A stretch of 64,000 bases of DNA from Candidatus Lloydbacteria bacterium (GCA_043719805.1 JAYSTI010000055.1:2760-66759); one strand, 5' to 3'. Numbered from the stretch's first letter, positions 38,657 to 48,891 are shown. The notes: generated by a model from the sequence alone, not told the origin. A program made the numbers and translations.

Positions 38657-38680
38657 TAGCCCCTTGTGGGGGCTATTTTT
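38657..38680. terminator. Bidirectional terminator TAGCCCC-ttgt-GGGGCTA with flanking A/T runs
   Basis: aaaataaaaTAGCCCCttgtGGGGGCTAttttt. Confidence 0.55.
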
Positions 38681-38704
38681 GGATATGATTCAACGTGTCC
38701 CTTT

Positions 38705-39544
38705 CTAGCGCACCTCGTAGGTGATGGTCACACTGGAGGTGTACTTATTCTCTCCTGCGGGAATATTTGCAGCCTCCGGTGCAACATCAGCCGACGTTGC
38801 CTTCATTTCCATTCCCCCGCGCGCATAATTATACGTAGGGTAGTTACTTCCCTCGCTGAAAGAAGTAATACGCACAATGTCGACACCGAGCTGCGCTGCG
38901 AGTTTCTTTGCTTTTGCCTGCGCCTTCTCTATTGCTTCTTTGCGTGCCGACTCCTTCACGACGTCTTCGTCGTCAACGGTGAAAGTGAGCCCGCTTACAT
39001 ACGATGCACCTTTGTCGGAAAGTCCGCCGAGGACGAGTCCGGCATCATCAATCTCGTGGATACGCACGTCTACGGACTGCGTCACTTCATACCCGACGAG
39101 CACCTGCTTCCCCTCCTGTGGCGGGCAATTATATCCCAAAGCACATGGGACGTAAGCGCCGGTCTTCTGCCACTCATATTTTGGATTCAGGTTATATGCG
39201 GTCGTTTTAATATCCTTATCTTCAACCTTCGATTCCTCAAGAAAAGCGTGGATGGCTTTCATCTTTCCATCAACCAGCTTCCGTGCCTCAGGGGCAGTCT
39301 TTGCTTCGTCGGTAATTGAAAACGAAATCTCCGCGATATCAGGAATCGCATATGCTTCGCCTTCCCCCGTGACATTGATGGAAGTCTGCTCACCCGGCAC
39401 ATCTCTCCCGATAAACTGATAGGACTTTAATTCTCCCACAAAGAGTGCAAGCAAAAAGAGCGAGCCCGACACGATAAGGAGTAAGGCTCCCGCGACGACG
39501 GGCTTCTTCCAACACTTACCGGTGCAAGGACCCTTGCAGCCCAT
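38705..39544 (-). CDS. SIMPL-domain (BP26/DUF541) protein with a Cys-rich N-terminus and a TM anchor
   Basis: The central and C-terminal regions match the SIMPL pattern (INVTGEGEA...AEISFSI...). N-terminus MGCKGPCTGKCW. Start taken at M12, which has a GAGGAAG RBS. Confidence 0.7.
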   Translation of the reverse strand: MGCKGPCTGKCWKKPVVAGALLLIVSGSLFLLALFVGELKSYQFIGRDVPGEQTSINVTGEGEAYAIPDIAEISFSITDEAKTAPEARKLVDGKMKAIHAFLEESKVEDKDIKTTAYNLNPKYEWQKTGAYVPCALGYNCPPQEGKQVLVGYEVTQSVDVRIHEIDDAGLVLGGLSDKGASYVSGLTFTVDDEDVVKESARKEAIEKAQAKAKKLAAQLGVDIVRITSFSEGSNYPTYNYARGGMEMKATSADVAPEAANIPAGENKYTSSVTITYEVR

Positions 39545-39713
39545 ACACACTTCCTCGACATGATTTTCTGTTGCCATATGAATTGTAAATTAGTAAATAA
39601 TAAGCTGATTTGCATCAATTATAACACAGCAACAACAGGATTGTGACACGTGCGGGCTAAGGGGTAGAAATAGCTTTATTTTATTGACTTTCGTGTGGAA
39701 AAGAATTAAATGG

Positions 39714-40163
39714 ATGCGTTGTCCTGGTGGCAACTGCGGTGGGGATGGTCCCTGCGGCAAACTTCTTGGAGAAGTTGAAATGGTAAAAAGTTTACGCTGG
39801 ACTCAATACACATCGCGAGCGGAAGCATTCGCAGAGGAGGCGTTGCGACAGGTGCTTGGTACGCAAAAAACCTTGCTCTGGCTCTATCGCGAATGTGAGC
39901 AGGAGGAAATAGAAGAGTCGCAGGAGGAACGGAGTAGTGGCGCGACAAAACGCTACATTAACATCTCTGGCACACTCCACGAAGGGCAACGCATAAGGAT
40001 TTCCATCTTCATCGAGCGACTAGCTCGAGAGTGGCCCTTCCTCGTGAAGTATGTCGAAGTGCGGGTGAAGAACAGTCAGGAACATGCGAACGTGCACGGG
40101 GAGAAGTCGCGACTGAGGGTCTTCCTTGCACCTGAAAGCGAATTCGCGAGTCTCTTCGCATAA
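39714..40163 (+). CDS. Hypothetical protein with an N-terminal Cys/Gly-rich motif (CPGGNCGGDGPCGK)
   Basis: An intrinsic terminator follows the ORF. The start is uncertain. Confidence 0.4.
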   Translation: MRCPGGNCGGDGPCGKLLGEVEMVKSLRWTQYTSRAEAFAEEALRQVLGTQKTLLWLYRECEQEEIEESQEERSSGATKRYINISGTLHEGQRIRISIFIERLAREWPFLVKYVEVRVKNSQEHANVHGEKSRLRVFLAPESEFASLFA

Positions 40164-40170
40164 GCAGCAC

Positions 40171-40199
40171 ATCGCCCCACATGGGGCGATCTTTTATTT
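40171..40199 (+). terminator. Intrinsic terminator ATCGCCCC-acat-GGGGCGAT followed by CTTTTATTT
   Basis: Read directly from the sequence. Confidence 0.6.
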
Positions 40200-41990
40200 C
40201 ACCGTCACCGATTTCGCGAGATTGCGCGGTTTGTCGGGATCGTTACCGCGGAGTACCGCGAGATGATAGGCAAGGAGCTGTACGGGGATGATGCTTGCGA
40301 TTGGGGACGCAATACCGAGGTCGGGCACTTTAATCCATTCGTCGAAGAGCTTGCTGTTGTCGGGTGCGATACCGATGACGTACGCACCACGACTCTTAAT
40401 CTCCATCGTGTTCGACTCCATGTCACGCTTGGTCTCATCGTTTGGAATGAGTGCGATGACCAGTGTTCCCTTCTCGATGAGTGCAATTGGCCCGTGCTTT
40501 AATTCTCCGCCGGGAAATCCCTCCGCGTGAATATACGAAACTTCTTGTATTTTAATTGCCGCCTCCTGCGCGACGGGGGCGTTCAGTCCACGCCCGATGA
40601 TGTAGAGGTCGTTCTGCTTCACGAGTTTTCCAGCGATTTTTTTTATCTCATGCGAAACATCAGGGGTGAGCCACGCTTTGATATCTTTCACGGCACCGCG
40701 CATAATGTGTTTTCCTTCAGCGAGTTTTTTACCGAGTGCATGCGCGATGAGAATCAGCACGGCAATCTGCGCGGTCGCCGCCTTCGTTGAAGCCACGGCA
40801 ATCTCCGGTCCGGCGTTCAGGAACAGTGTCTTCTTAGACATACGGTCAATTGATGAGCCGACGACATTGAGGAGTGCGAGGATGCGCGCGCCCTCCTTCT
40901 CTGCGACGCGAAGTCCCTCGAGTACATCCGCAGTCTCCCCGCTCTGCGACACGGCGACAATCGTACTTTTTTTATTGAGGAACTGCCCGTAGGCGGCAAA
41001 CTCGCTCCCGACATAGGCGTTCGTCAGCTTTCCCGCGACGCGCGCCGCATAGAGCTCACCGAGCTTTGCCATCTTTGCCGCCGTTCCACAGCCAATAAAG
41101 AAAAGATGCTCCGACTCTTTCATCAGTCGTGCGAATTCCTCAAGCTTCGCATCCTCCTGGTGAATTGCCTTGTCGAGGGACTGCCCCTGTTCCATTATTT
41201 CCTTCAGCATGAAATGCGGGTAGCCCTCTTTGGTGGCGCTCGCCTTATCCCACGTTACGGTGACCCACTCGTGGTCGACTTTCTTTCCCGTTCGGAGCTC
41301 ACGAATCATGATGCTGTCGGCGGAAACCTTCATGTATTCCTGGTCCCCGGGGTAGAGCACGGTACGCGTGTGGTCAATAAAAGCAGGCACATCGGACGCA
41401 AGGAAGAATTCATGTGCACCTTTCCCCACCACGAGTGGTGAGCCGTCACGCATCGCGAGGAGATACGGCTCCCCAAGCTTCATCACGACAACGGCAAACC
41501 TGCCTTCGAGCATTTTCCCCGCATCGACGAACGCGGTCTCAAAATTTTTCTTTTCATGAGTTATGAAATATTCGATGAGGTGCGGGATGACCTCTGTATC
41601 TGTTTCGGAAACAAAAAGTTCGTTCGCCGCGGCGCCAAGCTTTGAGCGCAAAAAAGTCCGTATCTCTTCATGGTTCTCGACGATGCCGTTGTGGATGACC
41701 GCGATGGTCTTGGCTTTGTTGAAATGCGGGTGAGCATTCAGCTCCGTAACTGCGCCGTGCGTCGCCCATCGCGAATGACCAATTGCCATTTTGCCCATTA
41801 ACCCTTTCACGTCAGAGAGCGGTGCACCCGATATCTTTCCCGCGGCCTTAACCGAAAACATTCCGGAGTCAGTTTCCGCGGCGATACCCCACGAGTCGTA
41901 GCCGCGATACTCGAGTTCACAAAGCGCCCGATTGGTCATGAGTGCCACCTCTTTTTTCTTATCACCGATGTATCCAAATATTCCACACAT
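40194..41990 (-). CDS. glmS: Glutamine--fructose-6-phosphate aminotransferase
   Basis: N-terminal MCGIFGYIG (Ntn Cys), two SIS domains and a typical C-terminus. Confidence 0.95.
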   Translation of the reverse strand: MCGIFGYIGDKKKEVALMTNRALCELEYRGYDSWGIAAETDSGMFSVKAAGKISGAPLSDVKGLMGKMAIGHSRWATHGAVTELNAHPHFNKAKTIAVIHNGIVENHEEIRTFLRSKLGAAANELFVSETDTEVIPHLIEYFITHEKKNFETAFVDAGKMLEGRFAVVVMKLGEPYLLAMRDGSPLVVGKGAHEFFLASDVPAFIDHTRTVLYPGDQEYMKVSADSIMIRELRTGKKVDHEWVTVTWDKASATKEGYPHFMLKEIMEQGQSLDKAIHQEDAKLEEFARLMKESEHLFFIGCGTAAKMAKLGELYAARVAGKLTNAYVGSEFAAYGQFLNKKSTIVAVSQSGETADVLEGLRVAEKEGARILALLNVVGSSIDRMSKKTLFLNAGPEIAVASTKAATAQIAVLILIAHALGKKLAEGKHIMRGAVKDIKAWLTPDVSHEIKKIAGKLVKQNDLYIIGRGLNAPVAQEAAIKIQEVSYIHAEGFPGGELKHGPIALIEKGTLVIALIPNDETKRDMESNTMEIKSRGAYVIGIAPDNSKLFDEWIKVPDLGIASPIASIIPVQLLAYHLAVLRGNDPDKPRNLAKSVTVK

Positions 41991-42101
41991 GTTCGTCTAT
42001 TATAACGTTGCGGTAAGCAAAACGTTACTTTTTCGCCAATCCTTGCATTGCAAATAAATGTGTTGTAGTTTTTGTGAGGCTCAACTTGCACAAAGGTAAA
42101 A

Positions 42102-42494
42102 ATGGAAAAGCACGCTGTCCGAATTCCGCACATGATTCCGTTGCTCGATTGGAGCACGAACGGCACCTGGCAGGACACACTCAGGGAGGAGCTACTCGCA
42201 CTCCCCGCAGACACCCTCACCATGTGCATCAAAAGCGTGTCTGCCATCAATCAGGTGGGATACCCGTATGTCTTCGGTCTTCATGGGCACTCACGTGGCG
42301 GGCTATGGGAACCCATCGCAAAACTCCCCGGTTACGAGTACTGCTGGGAAACCATCGACGGGCGCACGCTCGATGAGCTGAATATTTTCGGTCCCTTTGA
42401 TGCGACACTCTTGAGTCAGATCATCGAGAGATTCGAGGCCAAGGGACTCAAGCTCGACGACCGATGGAGCCTCCTCGTCACCTTCGGGACATAG
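42102..42494 (+). CDS. Hypothetical protein (130 aa)
   Basis: Clean ORF followed by an intrinsic terminator. Confidence 0.5.
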   Translation: MEKHAVRIPHMIPLLDWSTNGTWQDTLREELLALPADTLTMCIKSVSAINQVGYPYVFGLHGHSRGGLWEPIAKLPGYEYCWETIDGRTLDELNIFGPFDATLLSQIIERFEAKGLKLDDRWSLLVTFGT

Positions 42495-42511
42495 CCGCAT
42501 TCTTTTACCCC

Positions 42512-42540
42512 CACCCGCATCACGCGGGTGTTTTTATTTT
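42512..42540 (+). terminator. Intrinsic terminator CACCCGC-atcac-GCGGGTG followed by TTTTTATTTT
   Basis: Read directly from the sequence. Confidence 0.6.
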
Positions 42541-44012
42541 GTGTATTTTTTCACCAATTTATTAAACTGCTCTCCGCGATCGAATTCGTGGAGGAATTTT
42601 TCAAAGCTCGCCGCCCCAGGAGAGAAGAGTATCGTCACGTTTCCCTCACTATTTTTTGCCTTCCCGCCGGTGGTTTTGAGGAGGATTTTCGCCACGCGAA
42701 ATGCCTCGACCACGCAGAAATCAAGGTTTTTGAGCACTTTTATGTCAAGGAGAGTCCTTGACATTTTTTGTTGATGGAACGATTTTTGGAGCTTTGTTGA
42801 AGCAGAGCCTTCAAGGATGATGAGTCGGTCGACGGGAATATGCTTCGTGATTACTTTCGCGAGTTCCGCAAACTCGAGTTCTTTGTCGGTTCCGCCGGCA
42901 ATGAGGACGATGTTGCTCGTTTTGCGGAAGCGTTCTATTGCCGCGATGGTGCCGTCGGGTGAGGTGGAGCAACTGTCGTTCACCACCATTAGTCTTCCCT
43001 TCTCGAATATTTTTTCTTGGCGCATCTTTGGAGTAGGCAGTCGCAGTACGTCGCGCTCACTGACTATGACCATAGGATCGAAAAGTTTCACTGCGAGTAC
43101 CGCATTCATCAGATTCTCGAGATTGTGTGCGCCGCGCGTTGCGATAAATTTTTTCACGGAGAAAAGTTTTTGTTCGATTCCGTCGAAGCGAAACACCAGT
43201 GCATCGTTCTTCACGTAGAGCCCGTGCAAACTTTTCGGAAGCGTTTTTTTGCTGATGAAGAAAAGAATTGCTTTGGGTTTCTTTTTCAAAAAATGTGCAG
43301 TCCAAAAGTTATCGTGATTAAGTACTAAAAAATCATCAGATTTCTGGAGTGCAAATATATTTGCCTTTGCATTCGCGTAATTTTTTATTCCGTCGTAGCG
43401 ATTAAGGTGGTCTGGGTACAGGTTCGTAATGACCGAAACATGTGGAGCACGCCCACCCGAAGAAAGGTGCTCAAGCTGCCACGACGACATCTCGGCGACA
43501 ACAGGTGTACCCTTTCCGCTCACCCGCTCAAACTCTTTGAGGAATGCATTGTCGGGAGTGTTGCCCGACGAACGAACGTCGTGATATTTTTTTTGAAGCA
43601 ACGTTGCGGCCCAGAGTGTCGTCGTCGTCTTACCCCTCGTTCCCGTCACTGCGATGACCGGGTTATCGCAATAGCGGAAAAACAAGCTCGCGTCGTTTTC
43701 AATGCGCGCCCCCGCTTTTGCCGCTGTGTACAAATACTCACTCTCGCGCGGGACTCCCGGATTTACCACGACGATGTCCTGTTTTTCAAAATCCTTGTGA
43801 CGGTGCTCACCCAGCACATAGCGAACGGGGAGATTTTTGAGCGCAGCAATCGATGAAGCGAGCACCTCTTTTGTGCGTTTGTCAGTCGCCGTGACGCGTG
43901 CGCCGTGCTTTATAAGCCACTTCGCCGTCGCGACTCCGCCACCATGGAGCCCTAGTCCCATGACCAATGCGCGCCTGCCAGAAAAATAGTTTTGTACTTC
44001 CTTCCTTATCAT
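42534..44012 (-). CDS. murD: UDP-N-acetylmuramoyl-L-alanine--D-glutamate ligase
   Basis: ALVMGLGLHGGGVATAKWL, IAVTGTRGKTTTT, NLYPDHLNRY and SPGAASFEKF...FDRGEQF. Confidence 0.85.
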   Translation of the reverse strand: MIRKEVQNYFSGRRALVMGLGLHGGGVATAKWLIKHGARVTATDKRTKEVLASSIAALKNLPVRYVLGEHRHKDFEKQDIVVVNPGVPRESEYLYTAAKAGARIENDASLFFRYCDNPVIAVTGTRGKTTTTLWAATLLQKKYHDVRSSGNTPDNAFLKEFERVSGKGTPVVAEMSSWQLEHLSSGGRAPHVSVITNLYPDHLNRYDGIKNYANAKANIFALQKSDDFLVLNHDNFWTAHFLKKKPKAILFFISKKTLPKSLHGLYVKNDALVFRFDGIEQKLFSVKKFIATRGAHNLENLMNAVLAVKLFDPMVIVSERDVLRLPTPKMRQEKIFEKGRLMVVNDSCSTSPDGTIAAIERFRKTSNIVLIAGGTDKELEFAELAKVITKHIPVDRLIILEGSASTKLQKSFHQQKMSRTLLDIKVLKNLDFCVVEAFRVAKILLKTTGGKAKNSEGNVTILFSPGAASFEKFLHEFDRGEQFNKLVKKYTK

Positions 44013-44127
44013 CTGTACATTCTAACACAGCAAAAACACCTCAAAAATTGACACCCCGCCCTAGTATGGTTGAGTGAGTAGCAGTATCAAGTGTACTTTG
44101 TAATTCTTTATTCCGAGGAGGGATATT

Positions 44128-46101
44128 GTGAACAAACAATGGCTTTTGAGAATGGCAATGTGGGCACTAGCCGCCTTCATGCTTGTTTCTGTTTTGAAGT
44201 CGCTAAAAAATAGCGAACTGACAGAAAACGGCGAGGTGTCCTATTCTGTTTTCCTCGAGGAAGTGCAGAAGAAGCACATCAAGGCAGTTCAACTACAGGA
44301 AGTCGTTGGCGGCACCAAGGTAATGGCACTCACAAAGGACGACAAGCGGTTTTTCACGATTGCGACTCATCTAGATCGCGGACTGATTGGTGACCTTATC
44401 AACAATGGCGTCCAATTCGATGTCAGAGTACCCGAGCAGCCGTCTCTCTTTGTGACAATACTCGTCAGCTGGGCACCGATGCTCCTCATGATTGGTGTAA
44501 TGATCTATTTCTTTCGCAAGATGTCCGGAGGCGGTTCCGGTAGCATTGGTGGCTTCGGAAAATCCAAGGCCCGAATGCTCGACCCTTCGACCAACAACAT
44601 CACCTTCGCGGATGTCGCAGGATGTGACGAAGCAAAAGAAGAAGTGATGGAACTCGTGCAATTCCTGCGTGACCCTGCCCAATTTCAAAAACTGGGCGGA
44701 CGTATTCCGCGGGGATGTTTGCTCGTTGGCCCTCCGGGAACAGGCAAGACCCTGATTGCAAAAGCTATCGCCGGGGAAGCCAAAGTTCCCTTCTTCACGA
44801 TTTCGGGTTCCGATTTCGTCGAAATGTATGTCGGCGTCGGCGCCGCTCGTGTGCGCGACATGTTCGTGGAAGCAAAGAAGGCTGCGCCCTGCATCCTCTT
44901 CATGGATGAAATCGACGCCGTCGGACGCCAGCGCGGAGCAGGGCTCGGCGGCGGCAATGATGAACGCGAACAAACGCTGAATCAGATGCTTGTGGAGATG
45001 GATGGCTTCGAGACCAACACCGGCGTCATCGTCGTGGCCGCAACAAACCGCCCCGACATTCTCGACCCGGCACTACTGCGCCCCGGACGTTTCGACCGGC
45101 AAGTCTACGTGACGCTGCCTGATGTACGCGGTCGTGAGCAGGTCTTGAACGTGCACATTCGCAAAGTGGCGCTGGGCAAAGACATCCATACCGACATTTT
45201 GGCTCGGGGCACACCCGGATTCTCAGGTGCGGACCTCGCAAACCTAGTGAACGAAGCGGCACTCTTTGCCGCGCGACGCAAGGCATCGGTCGTCGAGATG
45301 GCCGACTTTGAAAAGGCCAAAGAAAAAATCATGATGGGCCCCGAGCGGAAGTCGATGATCATGCCGGAAAGCGAACGCAGGAACACCGCGTACCACGAAT
45401 CGGGGCACGTGCTCGTCGCACGACTCATGCCGAAGACCGATCCGGTGCACAAGGTCACAATCATTCCTCGCGGACGCGCGCTGGGCGTCACCATGCAACT
45501 TCCCGAAGCTGACCGTTATAGCTCGGACAAGATTCGCATGCTTTCGACGCTTGCCGTCCTCTTTGGAGGCCGCATAGCCGAAGAAGTCTTCATGCAGGAA
45601 ATGACGACCGGCGCTTCGAACGATTTCGAACGCGCAACGCAAATCGCTCGCGAGATGGTGACCCGCTACGGCATGAGCGACAAAATCGGCGTCATGGTCT
45701 ATGCGGAAAACGACGGGGAAGTATTCCTCGGTCGCTCGGTGACTCAGAGCAAGAACGTCAGCGAAGAAACACTGCGGACCATTGAAGTCGAGGTCAAGAG
45801 AATTCTCGACGAGCAATACGCAGTGGCCCGAGCCCTTATCGAAGCCAATCAGGACAAAATGCACGTCATGGCCAAAACCCTCCTCGAATGGGAGACGCTT
45901 GATGCCCATCAAATCGACGACATCATGAATGATCGTCCGCCACGTCCGCCGCCTCCGGTCCCCCCCGTCGTCGACGTGAAGCCAGGCAGGCCCTCATTGC
46001 TCCACGTTCCGGGAATCGATCCCGAAGCAGCCAAGATGGCTGCGCAGTTGGGCATGCAACCCATCAGTCCGGACGACAAAGAAAAAGAAGAAAAGAAGTG
46101 A
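44128..46101 (+). CDS. ftsH: ATP-dependent zinc metalloprotease FtsH
   Basis: AAA module GPPGTGKTL with the second region of homology, plus HESGH zinc-binding. GTG start with a GAGGAGGG RBS. Confidence 0.95.
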   Translation: MNKQWLLRMAMWALAAFMLVSVLKSLKNSELTENGEVSYSVFLEEVQKKHIKAVQLQEVVGGTKVMALTKDDKRFFTIATHLDRGLIGDLINNGVQFDVRVPEQPSLFVTILVSWAPMLLMIGVMIYFFRKMSGGGSGSIGGFGKSKARMLDPSTNNITFADVAGCDEAKEEVMELVQFLRDPAQFQKLGGRIPRGCLLVGPPGTGKTLIAKAIAGEAKVPFFTISGSDFVEMYVGVGAARVRDMFVEAKKAAPCILFMDEIDAVGRQRGAGLGGGNDEREQTLNQMLVEMDGFETNTGVIVVAATNRPDILDPALLRPGRFDRQVYVTLPDVRGREQVLNVHIRKVALGKDIHTDILARGTPGFSGADLANLVNEAALFAARRKASVVEMADFEKAKEKIMMGPERKSMIMPESERRNTAYHESGHVLVARLMPKTDPVHKVTIIPRGRALGVTMQLPEADRYSSDKIRMLSTLAVLFGGRIAEEVFMQEMTTGASNDFERATQIAREMVTRYGMSDKIGVMVYAENDGEVFLGRSVTQSKNVSEETLRTIEVEVKRILDEQYAVARALIEANQDKMHVMAKTLLEWETLDAHQIDDIMNDRPPRPPPPVPPVVDVKPGRPSLLHVPGIDPEAAKMAAQLGMQPISPDDKEKEEKK

Positions 46102-46106
46102 AAGCA

Positions 46107-46134
46107 ACGCCGACAACCTGCCGGCGTTTTTTTA
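46107..46134 (+). terminator. ftsH terminator ACGCCG-acaacctgc-CGGCGT followed by TTTTTTT
   Basis: Read directly from the sequence. Confidence 0.55.
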
Positions 46135-46318
46135 TTCTGTATTTTTGGGATGACAAAGGGCTTTATAAATGTTCGTCAATCTGGCATAATTTCACCATGA
46201 ATGAAGAGACTCACAGCATTGTCGAAGAGGGACCGGAAATGAATACCGCCGAGCGGTTCGCGGAACTTGTCAGGCGATATGGGGAGAACCCATAGGTTGG
46301 AATTGCGCAACAACAATT

Positions 46319-46347
46319 GACTAATTACATAATTCGTTATATACTGA
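46319..46347 (+). promoter_or_regulatory. Near-consensus sigma-70 promoter TTGACT-17-TATACT
   Basis: Located 40-65 nt upstream of the GGAGAG RBS and ATG at 46386. Confidence 0.4.
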
Positions 46348-46385
46348 ATTTAGCTATCTGTTCCAACTACCACCGGAGAGAAATC

Positions 46386-46688
46386 ATGGGTCAATACACG
46401 CTCGCATCGATCCCCCACGACCTCGCACATAGAATCGAAGATGACCCCTCTTTTGGCGCTCGTCTCATTCGCGCAATCATGGGGCGACGTAACCCCAATA
46501 CCCCCGAGAGTGTCCCCGAGGTGCACTCCGTGCAACTTGGACCGCAGTTTCATTCACACGATACATTCGTGGTGTCCGTCGAAGAAGGCACCATTGTGCG
46601 CCTCACGTCGGAAGAGCAGTTCTACGTCACGGAAGCACTGCGCCGGTTTCGCAAGAAGCAAGTGAAACAAGCTGCGTCCGCCGAGTGA
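46386..46688 (+). CDS. Hypothetical protein (100 aa)
   Basis: A promoter, an RBS and a terminator are all present. No recognisable motifs. Confidence 0.5.
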   Translation: MGQYTLASIPHDLAHRIEDDPSFGARLIRAIMGRRNPNTPESVPEVHSVQLGPQFHSHDTFVVSVEEGTIVRLTSEEQFYVTEALRRFRKKQVKQAASAE

Positions 46689-46714
46689 CTCGAGTAGAAA
46701 CTCCCACCTCAACC

Positions 46715-46746
46715 CGCCGACCTCGTGTCGGCGGCGTTTTATTTTC
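46715..46746 (+). terminator. Intrinsic terminator CCGCCGAC-ctcgt-GTCGGCGG followed by CGTTTTATTTT
   Basis: Read directly from the sequence. Confidence 0.6.
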
Positions 46747-46789
46747 TCAACAAACTCAAACTCCGTTCCTCCTAAGCGGGGGCTTATCA

Positions 46790-46901
46790 CTTTTGAAAGG
46801 ACTCTCGCAGGGCAATTGGCTTGGTCCTCATTCTGATGAGGCAATTGGCCGAGAGTGACAACGGCCCCAGCAGGAGGGGCCGACTGTGTGCCTTTCAAAA
46901 G
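46790..46901. ncRNA. Candidate structured RNA element. An 11-bp closing stem (CTTTTGAAAGG/CCTTTCAAAAG) encloses an inner 6-bp stem with a hairpin, plus a second hairpin GGCCCC-agcagga-GGGGCC.
   Basis: The nested inverted repeats are read directly. It lies intergenic, between a terminator and the 3' end of guaB. Strand and identity are unknown. Confidence 0.3.
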
Positions 46902-46918
46902 TTGATAAACCCGAGCGG

Positions 46919-48343
46919 CTATTTTACGCCGTGGGGGCCCGATTCGGTAAGGCCAGCATTACTCATCTTGATGAACTCCGCATTCTTTTCTAATTGTTCG
47001 AGGTTCTTTGCGCCGAGATAGCTCATTGAGGAACGTAGTCCGCCGATGAGGTCCATGACGACCATGTTTGCCTCGCCGCGATATGCAACACGCCCTGATG
47101 CTCCCTCTGGCGAACGGAACGTGCCGTCTGTTCCGCCGTCTACTTCGATTTTTTCACGCGTGGCATCATAGGAAGCCATGCCGCGATAATATTTGTATGC
47201 GACACCACGGTCGAGAATATATTCTCCCGGTGACTCCTTGCATCCGGCAAGAAGATTGCCGATCATAACCGTATTCGCGCCCGCCGCCATTGCCTTGGAA
47301 AAATCACCAGAATTTTTTATTCCTCCGTCTGCGATGAATGGAATGCCAAGCTTCTTTGCTTCTTTTGCGACATCCATGATTGCAGTCAATTGTGGCACGC
47401 CAACGCCGGTCACAATGCGAGTTGTACACGCAGCACCCGGGCCGATACCCACCTTGAGTCCGTCCGCTCCGGCTTTTGCAAGGTCGCGCGCCGCCTCGGG
47501 GGTGGCGATGTTTCCCGCAATAATCTCTATGCTTTTACCAAATGTTTTACGCAGCAATCGCGTGGTCTGAATTGCTCGCTCGTTGTGCCCATGGGCTATG
47601 TCGATGACGATAACGTCCGCTCCCGCTTTGAGAAGTGCGTCGGTACGTGAAATCGTATCTTCTTTTACGCCAACCGCAGCACCCACCATCAGCCTCCCTC
47701 TCTTGTCCTTCGTCGACATAGGATTTTGCATGCGCTCGATGATATCGCAGAGCGTGATGAGCCCGACAAGATAACCCTCTTTTGTGGTGAGGGGAAGTTT
47801 TTCGATGCGATAGTCATGCAAAATTTCTCTTGCCTTTTCAAGTGTGACATTGGGGCGCGCAGTGATGAGGTCGGTACTCATGAGCGACGACACTTTCTTG
47901 CGGTCATCAGTTTCGAAGAGCAGGTCTCGGGCGGTCAAAATGCCGACAAGCAATGTTTTGCCTGCCTTCTCCTTCACAACAAGCACGCCGGAAACTCCCT
48001 CGCGCCGCATGTAACTTTTTGCCTCACCGAGCGTTATGTCCGGATGTACAGTAAAAGGATCCTCAATGATAACGTTTTCTGCGCGTTTCACCTTTTTTAC
48101 TTCCTCAATCTGACGCTCGATGGAGAGGAATCGATGAATGATGCCGATGCCGCCCATGCGCGCCATTGCGCGAGCCATTCCCGATTCGGTCACCGTGTCC
48201 ATGTTCGCCGAAACGAGAGGGATGTTGAGAGAAATATTTTTAGAAAGCTGCGCCTTTGTTGATGTGTCTTTGCGCGAAAATACCGCGGAGCGTCGCGGCA
48301 GGAGGAGCACATCGTCAAACGTCAGTCCTTCACGGATATTCAT
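46919..48343 (-). CDS. guaB: Inosine-5'-monophosphate dehydrogenase (with CBS domains)
   Basis: Catalytic loop [20 protein letters not shown] with a CBS pair inserted in the TIM barrel. Confidence 0.9.
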   Translation of the reverse strand: MNIREGLTFDDVLLLPRRSAVFSRKDTSTKAQLSKNISLNIPLVSANMDTVTESGMARAMARMGGIGIIHRFLSIERQIEEVKKVKRAENVIIEDPFTVHPDITLGEAKSYMRREGVSGVLVVKEKAGKTLLVGILTARDLLFETDDRKKVSSLMSTDLITARPNVTLEKAREILHDYRIEKLPLTTKEGYLVGLITLCDIIERMQNPMSTKDKRGRLMVGAAVGVKEDTISRTDALLKAGADVIVIDIAHGHNERAIQTTRLLRKTFGKSIEIIAGNIATPEAARDLAKAGADGLKVGIGPGAACTTRIVTGVGVPQLTAIMDVAKEAKKLGIPFIADGGIKNSGDFSKAMAAGANTVMIGNLLAGCKESPGEYILDRGVAYKYYRGMASYDATREKIEVDGGTDGTFRSPEGASGRVAYRGEANMVVMDLIGGLRSSMSYLGAKNLEQLEKNAEFIKMSNAGLTESGPHGVK

Positions 48344-48429
48344 ACGTCGGTATTATACTCCATCAGAATGAAACGACCAAAAACACCCAGCCGGGCGGGA
48401 GTTCTGTGTTATGCCGAAGTAACCAGAAA

Positions 48430-48891
48430 CTATTCAGCGGTGCCCTCCTTGAGCGTCGAGAGATAGTTGAAGTCTGCATTTTTTACGCTCGCGTTTTGGT
48501 TCAAGGTGGCGATAGCTTTCGTGGCGCCCTTGCCGTCACCCTCATCCTTCACTTGCACCAAGAAAAGCGGTGCCATGGTAAAACGCTGCAGCATTTTCCC
48601 GCCTACACCATCGATAATACTGAGTGATGCTTCCTCCGAAACGCCGGGCCGAAATTCAACAATAATCTGATTTGATACATATTCACGCCCCGTTTTTTCA
48701 TCCTTAATGACGTTATTGACGGACTCAGGGTCCATGAGCGGAACTCCTGCCGGTGGTATGCCGCTTCCACTATTATTTCCCGAAAGCGCGGCGTCGGCAA
48801 GACCAGTCTTTTCCTGTTTCGCATAATAAGCACCCCCGAGAAGGAGCGCCAGCCCGAGTACGATAACAATATTTTTTTTCATTTGGTCCAT
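48430..48891 (-). CDS. Secreted protein with an N-terminal signal/TM segment and a subtilisin-propeptide (inhibitor I9)-like region
   Basis: MKKNIVIVLGLALLLGGAYYA, then IIVEFRPGVSEEASLSII. The I9-like call is tentative. Confidence 0.45.
   Translation of the reverse strand: MDQMKKNIVIVLGLALLLGGAYYAKQEKTGLADAALSGNNSGSGIPPAGVPLMDPESVNNVIKDEKTGREYVSNQIIVEFRPGVSEEASLSIIDGVGGKMLQRFTMAPLFLVQVKDEGDGKGATKAIATLNQNASVKNADFNYLSTLKEGTAE

Noticed and set aside
39684-39712. TTGACT-17-TAAATG promoter-like sequence overlapping the start of the 39684 ORF (possible leaderless transcript)
   Set aside because: The -10 element is weak and the true start codon of the ORF is uncertain. The evidence is insufficient.
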